DNA from: an uncultured Rhodospirillales bacterium
GTDB taxonomy: Bacteria; Pseudomonadota; Alphaproteobacteria; Azospirillales; Azospirillaceae
DNA length: 64,000 bases
Assembly (NCBI GenBank): GCA_903931735.1
Contig: CAIZDL010000192.1
Coordinates: forward strand, 18,608 to 82,607
Direction: 5' to 3'
A program made the translations under genes and the position numbers. How positions within the stretch are numbered: the stretch's first letter is position 1; each line of letters starts with the position of its first letter. The notes under the pieces are model-generated. The model was not told the DNA's origin and searched no databases. It was given only the letters and a program-made list of their open reading frames with translations. This document shows, in pieces, positions 9,395-16,181 of the stretch.

Positions 9395-9422
9395 AATCGG
9401 GGCGGACCATTCCGCCCCGATT
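9395..9422 (-). promoter_or_regulatory. Strong intercistronic stem-loop between the CsgG-like gene and the downstream gene
   Basis: AATCGGGGCGGA (9395..9406) pairs with TCCGCCCCGATT (9411..9422): a 12-bp perfect stem with a 4-nt loop. There is no U tract, and the SD of the next gene follows immediately. Confidence 0.5.
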
Positions 9423-9427
9423 TCACA

Positions 9428-10915
9428 TTACTGCACGGTTATGTCGAGCCGCGACGTGGAAACATTGGGATTGGCCGCCCGGAAGATCCCATCAATCTCT
9501 TCGAGTGAGCCAACCGCCAACCTTGTCAGATCTTTTTCTTTCAACTTGGCCGGCAAGGGGACCTCCGACTCGCTCGCCAAGCACGAGACAACCTCGTGAC
9601 CGGCCTTATCAAAGCGGATTTTTACCGGCTGCTGCGGCGCCGACAAAGGCACCATCCGGCTACTCACATAGGCGTTCGGCTGGAAGCGGTTGGGGAACAA
9701 GCGCGCAATCGTGCCGTCCGCATCCTGATAGTAGCAGTAGAGGAACGAATTGCGCCCCAGATCGACCCTGGCGCTGAGGATGGAATTCGGCTCATACGTC
9801 GGGTTCGCGCCACGATCCGAAAGCACCGTAACCGGCACCAGCGTCTTGGTAACAGTCACCGGCGGCGGACGGCGGGTGTCGTCGGCAACCGGAGCTTCAT
9901 CGTCCAACAAGGCGAAATACAGCTCGAAATTAGTCTGGCCGTTCGCGATTAAGCCATTGCTGGCCTGATAGCGGCCAATCGCCTCGCGGGTCGCCGAATC
10001 AAGCTCGCCGTTCGCAGAACCCTGATAAATATTCGTGGCCGACAGCTTGCGCTGAACAAAGCTTACTTTGTCCTTCAGGCCCATCGCGTCGTACCATTCG
10101 CGCGCCTGCTCCCGCAGTTTTGGGTTGCTCTTCTCGATCTGCAAGCATTTCCAATACGGCGTATGGGAGAACTGGCCGACCATTTCGATCGCACCCAGTT
10201 CAATAAGTGCGCGCACCGCGGCACCAAGCCCTTCCGACGTATTAAACGAAATATTGATGCTAAGGCCCATCTTACCAATCTTGCCGCCCGCCTCACCTGA
10301 GCGACCAAGCCGGACCACCGCCATAGTATTACTGGAACCAGCATCGGAAATGATTTGGCGCGATACGGTCTCGCCAATATTCATATCCAACCCAACCAGC
10401 GAAACAATCTGGTCTTTCGAGATACCGAGATCGGCGAAGGGGGTTGATATCGCCCCGCCGAGTTGGCTTTCCAAGGCATTGTCATCCAACTGGGTGATGG
10501 CACCACGAATATAATATGATGGCACCTTATAACCAGCACCCGACGCCCGCTGCGCATCGATGAAGAAGCTGGCATTCAGTGGGTCATAATCAATATAGGA
10601 AAACGCTTTTGACTTCCGGGACATCAGGTTGAGCGCCCTGATCAGCATTTCTTTAGTGCCGACCGAAACTTTTTGGGTCGAATCTGTAATGCCGGCAGTC
10701 GTGATTGTGATATCATGCTTGCCGTAAGTCATCATCAAATTGTCCATGCACTGCAAGGCCGGCGTAAAGCTGGTGAAGGTCTTGCTGGCTGGTGTCTTCG
10801 GCGCGGCTGCAAGCGTCGCCGTATCCGGGTCTGGCGTCACGCAACCGACCACCATGCCCGCTGCAATCAGACATGCGGCAAGCTGGCGAGCCCTCTTCTT
10901 AAATGTTGGGTTCAT
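9428..10915 (-). CDS. Lipoprotein fusing a CsgG-like domain, a peptidoglycan-binding (PG_binding_1-like) domain and a DUF4384-like domain, 495 aa
   Basis: ATG at 10915 with GGAGGA upstream. Lipobox AAGMVVGC. YYIRGAITQLDDNALESQLGGA, SKDQIVSLVGLDMNIGETVSRQII and NTSEGLGAAVRALIELGAIEMVGQ align by eye with E. coli CsgG (IMVEGSIIGYESNVKSGGVGA, QLDQIAVNLRVVNVSTGEIL, SNEPVMLCLMSAIETGVIFLI). VQRKLSATNIYQGSANGELDSATREAIGRYQASNGLIANGQ looks like PG_binding_1. SARVDLGRNSFLYCYYQDADGTIARLFPNRF looks like DUF4384. Confidence 0.8.
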   Translation of the reverse strand: MNPTFKKRARQLAACLIAAGMVVGCVTPDPDTATLAAAPKTPASKTFTSFTPALQCMDNLMMTYGKHDITITTAGITDSTQKVSVGTKEMLIRALNLMSRKSKAFSYIDYDPLNASFFIDAQRASGAGYKVPSYYIRGAITQLDDNALESQLGGAISTPFADLGISKDQIVSLVGLDMNIGETVSRQIISDAGSSNTMAVVRLGRSGEAGGKIGKMGLSINISFNTSEGLGAAVRALIELGAIEMVGQFSHTPYWKCLQIEKSNPKLREQAREWYDAMGLKDKVSFVQRKLSATNIYQGSANGELDSATREAIGRYQASNGLIANGQTNFELYFALLDDEAPVADDTRRPPPVTVTKTLVPVTVLSDRGANPTYEPNSILSARVDLGRNSFLYCYYQDADGTIARLFPNRFQPNAYVSSRMVPLSAPQQPVKIRFDKAGHEVVSCLASESEVPLPAKLKEKDLTRLAVGSLEEIDGIFRAANPNVSTSRLDITVQ

Positions 10916-10960
10916 GGATACCAAGGTCCTCCGTTGTTGGTCGCGCTCCAATCCTGACCG

Positions 10961-11923
10961 TCAGGGCGAACGCGAACGCTCCTTTTGAAAAAATCGGCTC
11001 GGCGGCGCCCCCGCCCAGAACCGGCTCACTAAACCCTCGACTTCCCCCACCGTCAAACCAACCATAGCAGGGCTAAAAACGTCATGGGAAGGTGTATGGA
11101 TCAGATACGCCTGTGTCTCGTTAATCATCAGGTCGCCATTTTCGGGATCATACCCCTTACCGGCGAGAAACTTCCGAAACGCGGCCCGCTCACTCTCGGT
11201 TAGTCCCCTCGCCCAAAAATCCCGGCAATATTCCGAGTAGGCTGGGTTGGTATAATACTCGCCATGAGAAATCTCATGGTGAAGAATAGCCTTGCGAAGT
11301 TGGGGTGTAATAGCAGCCTGACCCGATTTCTTGCGAACAGCAACCGATCCGCCCCCACTCTGTGGAATTGAAATAATAACTCGCTCAGGTGGGACCGGGG
11401 TGTAGAACTCAAACTTGCGCTCCATCACCCCTTTAGCAATGAGAAAATCACGAAGGCCAATCTCATCGTTATTTAAATCGATTTTCTCGTCACTGGCGAT
11501 TGTATAAAACTTGGCTAAGTCAACACTGCGAAAATCATTACCGTATGCGTAAGTTGCGAAACCTTTGCCCGATGCCGTCATCAGGCCTTCCAACTGTGTG
11601 TCGGTCAACACATGTTCGCGTTCCCCGCCCTGACGCTCGATAAGGGCGAGGATGCGGCTAAACATCCGCCCTTGCTGCTCAAGCTCCGGAAAATCAAGGA
11701 TAAAGACCGCCGGATTACCGGCAACGACGTGAATGGCCAACTGCCGACTGTGAAACGACTCAAGCGCCGCCACACTGGCCGCCATCCGCACCTCGGCATC
11801 AAACGCCCAGGCTCCCCGACACTCAAAAACGCCAACCAGAAAAGCCGTGGCCGCGACACCAACCGCCGCGGCGAGCCCCGCGCCACCACAACCAGCGAAT
11901 ACGCGGGGACCTCGCCTCGACAT
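10961..11923 (-). CDS. Membrane-anchored hypothetical protein with an HExxH motif (possible metallohydrolase), ~320 aa
   Basis: The track ORF 10961..11950 starts at a GTG; an ATG at 11923 has GAGG upstream. N-terminal hydrophobic anchor AGLAAAVGVAATAFLVGVF. Motif ILHHEISHGEYY (H-E-I-S-H). I recognise no family. Confidence 0.6.
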   Translation of the reverse strand: MSRRGPRVFAGCGGAGLAAAVGVAATAFLVGVFECRGAWAFDAEVRMAASVAALESFHSRQLAIHVVAGNPAVFILDFPELEQQGRMFSRILALIERQGGEREHVLTDTQLEGLMTASGKGFATYAYGNDFRSVDLAKFYTIASDEKIDLNNDEIGLRDFLIAKGVMERKFEFYTPVPPERVIISIPQSGGGSVAVRKKSGQAAITPQLRKAILHHEISHGEYYTNPAYSEYCRDFWARGLTESERAAFRKFLAGKGYDPENGDLMINETQAYLIHTPSHDVFSPAMVGLTVGEVEGLVSRFWAGAPPSRFFQKERSRSP

Positions 11924-11978
11924 GAGCCTCACCAAATTTTGCGACCACACCCAGGACGCACCAAACGAAACGCGCCGA

Positions 11979-12695
11979 TCAGCCTTTCAATTCGAACTGA
12001 ACACGACGATTGGAGGGATCGCGAGGGCTCGCGCCATTGAGCGGCTGGCTTGGCCCTTTCCCAACGGCGGTAAGACGCGACCCTTCAAGACCATATTTTT
12101 GCATCAAAACATCGCGGACAGCATTGGCCCGCGCCATCGAAAGCTCCATGTTCCGAGCATAGACACCGCTCGCATCGGTATGACCCTCGATTGTCAACGA
12201 GTATTGCTTCTCTTCCGTCAAGATCTTGGCGATACCATCCAGAAACGCCTCGGACCCCGGCCGCAAAGACGCCGACCCGACATCAAACTGAATCCGCATC
12301 GCGACCTGTTTGCCGCCACCCGATTCCTGACTGCTCGAAGACGCCGCTGGCCGTGCTGGCCGCGGCCGTGACGCCGACGAAGGCTGTTGACGACGGGGTT
12401 GCTGACGTGCGGCCGGCGGCGAATCAGAGTCATCGGAGGCGGATGAGGCTGACGGCGCCGCAGGAGCGGCAGGGGCCGCCGGAGCAGCAGGGCCATCAAT
12501 CTGAATGCTGCGAGTCCGCACGGCGGGCTTGTGAGTCATGCCCAACGCATCGCGCAGCTCATCGACGCTCGGCGGGGCATCGAATACCTTGACACTCTCA
12601 GCATGAGCGGAAAGTCCCAACAAGAACACAACCGAGGCAAAACCAATAGTCGCGTGGATAAGCCTGGATCGGCGGCCTGTTAGTCTGCTCATCAT
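11979..12695 (-). CDS. OmpA-family peptidoglycan-binding protein with a Pro/Ala/Ser-rich linker
   Basis: Signal ...FLLGLSAHA. Linker PAAPAAPAAPAAPSASSAS. OmpA_C motifs: IQFDVGSASLRPGS...LTIEGHTDASGVYARNMELSMARANAVRDVL...NRRVQFEL. Confidence 0.85.
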   Translation of the reverse strand: MMSRLTGRRSRLIHATIGFASVVFLLGLSAHAESVKVFDAPPSVDELRDALGMTHKPAVRTRSIQIDGPAAPAAPAAPAAPSASSASDDSDSPPAARQQPRRQQPSSASRPRPARPAASSSSQESGGGKQVAMRIQFDVGSASLRPGSEAFLDGIAKILTEEKQYSLTIEGHTDASGVYARNMELSMARANAVRDVLMQKYGLEGSRLTAVGKGPSQPLNGASPRDPSNRRVQFELKG

Positions 12696-12789
12696 GACGT
12701 TACCCCTTCATAAAGATTCGCCCCGCGGGGCACTGTTCATACCGGCAAAATCTTAAGTCTGCTCCAAACCTTAGGTCTGGGCCTAAACC

Positions 12790-13101
12790 TTAGTCGCACT
12801 TGCCCGACGACCCGATATTGATGCACCCCTTGCGACCGTGACCGGTCACAATGTTATCGACGTTCTTCACATCGACCGTCACCGAAGTCGGCCCCCTGGT
12901 GCTTTCATCGATCACACCAATCCGCGTGTTGGCGGTATTGCCAGTCCCGGCCGCGATCGTGTTGACATTCCGTGCGGTGGCATCAATGTGCGTCGTCCCC
13001 TTTATCTGGACGCCGCCCGACTGCTGGGCCAACGCGGAGGTCCCCGCAACCAGTGCCAAAGACACCACCATGCCCCCGAGAACCATAGTTGAGCGACGCA
13101 T
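12790..13101 (-). CDS. Small secreted repeat protein (103 aa), paralog family
   Basis: ATG at 13101 with GGAGAA upstream. Signal MRRSTMVLGGMVVSLALVAGTSALA. VQIKGTTHIDATARNVNTIAAGTGNTANTRIGVI is a repeat homologous to that of ORF 13619..13951. The C-terminus GRKGCINIGSSGKCD has a Cys pair. Confidence 0.75.
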   Translation of the reverse strand: MRRSTMVLGGMVVSLALVAGTSALAQQSGGVQIKGTTHIDATARNVNTIAAGTGNTANTRIGVIDESTRGPTSVTVDVKNVDNIVTGHGRKGCINIGSSGKCD

Positions 13102-13146
13102 AGTGTTCTCCATATTTGAGCAAAACATTAACCAATCAAAGCCAAA

Positions 13147-13494
13147 CTACCGCGAGAGCAAAATGATTGTTTGGTGATTGGGTGCACTGGTCCCCCGCCG
13201 AAGATCTTCCGCGTGCCACAATGACCGGCTGACATTACTCTGGCTGGAGCGCAACGCACCAGAGCTACCGCCACCTCCACCCGGCAACGGCGCCAGCAGC
13301 GGCGTCTGGGGGTAATAAAGGATGGTCGACGGCACCGCCAGCGCAGACGAATGGACCACCAGGGGGATACCAATCCCCTCACCCGGCGCCACAATGATCT
13401 CTGCGCGGGCAGGCAGGATCGCGACCCAACCCAACGCGACGAAACCGACCAATCGGGCCGCACCCGAAATCAGGAGACGACAAACGCGTTTCAT
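13147..13494 (-). CDS. Small secreted protein (115 aa)
   Basis: The ATG at 13494 is preceded by GGGAGG at 7 nt. Signal MKRVCRLLISGAARLVGFVALGWVAILPARA. The mature N-terminus is EIIVAPGEG, and there is a Gly run PGGGGGSSG. Confidence 0.65.
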   Translation of the reverse strand: MKRVCRLLISGAARLVGFVALGWVAILPARAEIIVAPGEGIGIPLVVHSSALAVPSTILYYPQTPLLAPLPGGGGGSSGALRSSQSNVSRSLWHAEDLRRGTSAPNHQTIILLSR

Positions 13495-13570
13495 GACCAC
13501 GCCTCCCACCCATTATAAATGAGCCCAACACGTGCCATTATCAAGCAAACTACTATCAAGTAAACGACCC

Positions 13571-13610
13571 GGAGCCGGGCAACCTCGCTAAAAGCGCGCT
13601 GCCCGGCTCC
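13571..13610 (-). terminator. Stem-loop immediately after the first small-protein gene (partial terminator or attenuator candidate)
   Basis: GGAGCCGGGCA (13571..13581) pairs with TGCCCGGCTCC (13600..13610): an 11-bp stem with an 18-nt loop. It lies 8 nt downstream of the stop at 13619 and before the next gene in the same orientation. Confidence 0.45.
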
Positions 13611-13618
13611 AGTGCTGC

Positions 13619-13951
13619 TTACTTACCAATCCCACCAACGGTGGTCTTGGCCTTGTTGTTCTGCCCAACTGCGGTGGTGTTCACATCAACCGCAGTGGCG
13701 TTGATCGTGGTGTTGCCCTGAATCTGGGTGCCGCCACCGATGGCGCCAACCGCAGTTTCCGCAGTGTTACCCTGCCCAATGGCGGTGGTGTTCAGATTCC
13801 GGCCACTGGCGTTAATCGTCGTGTTGCCCTGAATCTGTACCCCGTCCGGATTGGTGCTCGACTGCATCCGAACGCCGCCCGCTGACTGCGCAAAAGCGGC
13901 ACCAGCCAAGGCAACGACGGCAACAGCGGTGAGGACTGCAAGCTTACGCAT
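13619..13951 (-). CDS. Small secreted tandem-repeat protein (110 aa), candidate major subunit of the family
   Basis: GGAGG lies 7 nt before the ATG at 13951. Signal MRKLAVLTAVAVVALAGAAFA. Two ~36-aa repeats: VQIQGNTTINASGRNLNTTAIGQGNTAETAVGAIGGG and TQIQGNTTINATAVDVNTTAVGQNNKAKTTVGGIGK. Confidence 0.8.
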   Translation of the reverse strand: MRKLAVLTAVAVVALAGAAFAQSAGGVRMQSSTNPDGVQIQGNTTINASGRNLNTTAIGQGNTAETAVGAIGGGTQIQGNTTINATAVDVNTTAVGQNNKAKTTVGGIGK

Positions 13952-14135
13952 CGAAAAACCTCCATAATAGGTTTAGTTTCAAGTTTCGTATCGTCTTCAA
14001 CTCATCTTTGGCGCCCCACCCGGCACGCGGCCCGGCACCCACCGCGCCGCTCAGCCTGGATCACCGCCACATGCTCATTGTCTCACGTTTCCGCATTTGC
14101 ATCAATTTTTTTCATAGGCGCCCCTCAACCGCCGG

Positions 14136-14999
14136 TTAACCAAGGGGTGGATCGCCGGAATCGGCATCAAAAACCACCCGCTCAGCGCCAGAAAGTACAG
14201 TAAACCTTTTTCCCCGCGCCCGCCCGATCAAGGTTAAGTTTACTTGCCGCGCCAGTTGAACCCCCCATGCTGTAAAGCCTGAGCGTGATACAAGAATTGG
14301 CAACCCCATTCTTACCGTCTTTATCACCATTTCGCTGGTCAACCTGCCCGTGGTGTAAAATATTTTGTCATCTGGATCGATAGATCGACGCGCCATCGCC
14401 CCCGCAATCTTGTCAACGGCATTGTGACGCCCAACATCTTCCATAAACAACAGGGGTTGATCGCGACAGCAAAGAACGCAACCATGAATAGCGCCGGCGG
14501 CACTATAGAGACTGGGCGTAGCCGTAATTCGGCTCGAAATAGCGTAAAGCCAGCTCGCGTGGATGCGTGCGGACTCCGATAATTTGGCCTGCGCAAAATT
14601 TTCCAGCACATCGCCAAATGCTGTGCCCTGCGCACAGCCTGAAGTCAGCGTCTTGCGCTTCAGTTTGGCCTCAAAGTCTGTGCGCCGCCCGGTTCGGACC
14701 ACCACCGCCTCAACCTCGGCATCATAGTCGATGCCGGTAATGGCGTCGTTGGGGCCAATCATGTTTTGGTTGAGCAAGTACCCCAACGCCAACTCTTCAA
14801 CATAGTCGCCGATGGTCATCAGCGTGACGATTTCCTGACCATTGAGGAACAGCGTCAGCGGCCGTTCAACCACCACCGGCAGCTCGACCGCCTGCCCGGT
14901 TTGATCGATACCGGTCACACGCTCGGTCAACCTCGGGTCTTCTGGATCGGGCTGAATGACATAAGGGGTCACGGGTCCGGCTCCGCTGGCTATGAACAC
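14136..14999 (-). CDS. fdhD: Formate dehydrogenase accessory sulfurtransferase FdhD
   Basis: PLTLFLNGQEIVTLMTIGDYVEELALGYLLNQ, EDVGRHNAVDKIAG, and TGRLTSEMVIKTVRMGLPILVSRSGFT are typical of FdhD. The start is uncertain. I chose the in-frame GTG at 14999 (287 aa); the track ORF extends to 15233. Confidence 0.85.
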   Translation of the reverse strand: MFIASGAGPVTPYVIQPDPEDPRLTERVTGIDQTGQAVELPVVVERPLTLFLNGQEIVTLMTIGDYVEELALGYLLNQNMIGPNDAITGIDYDAEVEAVVVRTGRRTDFEAKLKRKTLTSGCAQGTAFGDVLENFAQAKLSESARIHASWLYAISSRITATPSLYSAAGAIHGCVLCCRDQPLLFMEDVGRHNAVDKIAGAMARRSIDPDDKIFYTTGRLTSEMVIKTVRMGLPILVSRSGFTAWGVQLARQVNLTLIGRARGKRFTVLSGAERVVFDADSGDPPLG

Positions 15000-15077
15000 C
15001 GATTGACTCGGCTCCTGTCCCCTCGCACACTTCAACCGGGGTTTCAACCATGGCGGCAAACGGTGAGAACAGGCAAC

Positions 15078-16181
15078 ATGAGAAACCCGCTTGACCCGCC
15101 CATAAACGAGCGATGCGGCCCCACCCAGAGGGTGGATACCAACCACGCCCGAAGGGCCGATACCAACCAAGCCCGCACTTGGATCGATGGCTGGCCGCAG
15201 CTTGCCCGCAGCGAAATCGTTGACCGCACCCACGCCCTTGGCCGGGTCCTAGCGGAAACGGTGGCCGCCCCCCATGATATCCCGCCGTTCGATCAAGCGC
15301 TCATCGCCGGCTATGCTGTCCGCGCCGCCGCCACGGTGGGCGCCGGGAGCTACACGCCCTTGACGCAACCGCTGGCGCACGCGGTCACGCGAGGCCAGCC
15401 AATGCCGGATGGCGCCGACGCCGTGCTGCCGTTTGAGGCGACCACCTCTGGCCCCACGGGGCAGATTGAAGCAACGGGCACCGTCGCCGAGGGCGATGGC
15501 ATGGAGCCCCGCGGTCAAAGTTTGCGCGCCCACACCCCCGCCCTGAGTTATGGCCGCCCCCTTAGTCCCGAGGCCCTGGGGCTGCTCGCGCAGTTTGGCC
15601 ATCAAACGGTGCGGGTCCTGTGCCACCCCTGGGTGCGACTGGAGGACAGCGCCAACACGCCACTGCTGGCCCCCCTGATCAAGCGGGATGGCGGCATCGC
15701 CGCACCGGCGGGCACCGAACCGGACTTAATCCTCATCCCCGGCGGCGCCTACGCCCAGACCGAATTTGCGCTGGAACTCGATGGCCTAGCGCTGCGCCCG
15801 GGGGGTGAAGCCGGGCTCGGCCGCTGCCAGAACGTGCCGGTGATCCGGCTCCCACAAGAGCCTCTGGCCTGCCTCACCGCCTATGAACTGCTCGCCGGAC
15901 GATTGCTCCGGCGCTTGGGCGGGCGGCCCTGCGCCCTGCCTCACCCCACATGCCAAGTCCCGCTGACCCGCAAGATCAGCTCGGCCATTGGCTGGGTCGA
16001 GGTGGTGCGGGTGGTGCTTGCGGGAAACGGGGCCGAGCCGCTAGGCTCCACGGAAGGCGGCGGGCTGGTAACGGCCTGCCGCGCCGATGGCTTTGTTATT
16101 ATCCCGCCAGGCCGGGAAGGGTTTGGCTCGGGCGAAATCGTGACCGTCCATCTGCTGCACGCGAGGGATGATGACTGGTGA
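15078..16181 (+). CDS. Degenerate MoeA-like protein (MoeA N- and C-terminal domains, eroded central MoCF-binding domain)
   Basis: ALGRVLAETVAAPHDIPPFDQALIAGYAV replaces the usual SAMDGYAV. It lacks the STGDE and GGxSxGxxD motifs but keeps a MoeA_C-like end (GFVIIPPGREGFGSGEIVTVHLL). The start is uncertain: the ATG at 15078 is the first that does not overlap fdhD. Confidence 0.65.
   Translation: MRNPLDPPINERCGPTQRVDTNHARRADTNQARTWIDGWPQLARSEIVDRTHALGRVLAETVAAPHDIPPFDQALIAGYAVRAAATVGAGSYTPLTQPLAHAVTRGQPMPDGADAVLPFEATTSGPTGQIEATGTVAEGDGMEPRGQSLRAHTPALSYGRPLSPEALGLLAQFGHQTVRVLCHPWVRLEDSANTPLLAPLIKRDGGIAAPAGTEPDLILIPGGAYAQTEFALELDGLALRPGGEAGLGRCQNVPVIRLPQEPLACLTAYELLAGRLLRRLGGRPCALPHPTCQVPLTRKISSAIGWVEVVRVVLAGNGAEPLGSTEGGGLVTACRADGFVIIPPGREGFGSGEIVTVHLLHARDDDW

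Noticed and set aside
12696-12789. Palindrome GCCCCGCGGGGC and the AACCTTAG direct repeat between the third small-protein gene and the OmpA-like gene
   Set aside because: The palindrome is too short to form a stable hairpin with a loop. The direct repeat is 8 bp with two copies. Neither rises above chance in 64 kb.
14766-15077. 5' extension of the degenerate MoeA-like ORF (track start 14766)
   Set aside because: This part overlaps the fdhD coding region on the opposite strand and has no MoeA similarity. MoeA-like sequence begins only after about 15200. I therefore used the first non-overlapping ATG at 15078, which is still uncertain.
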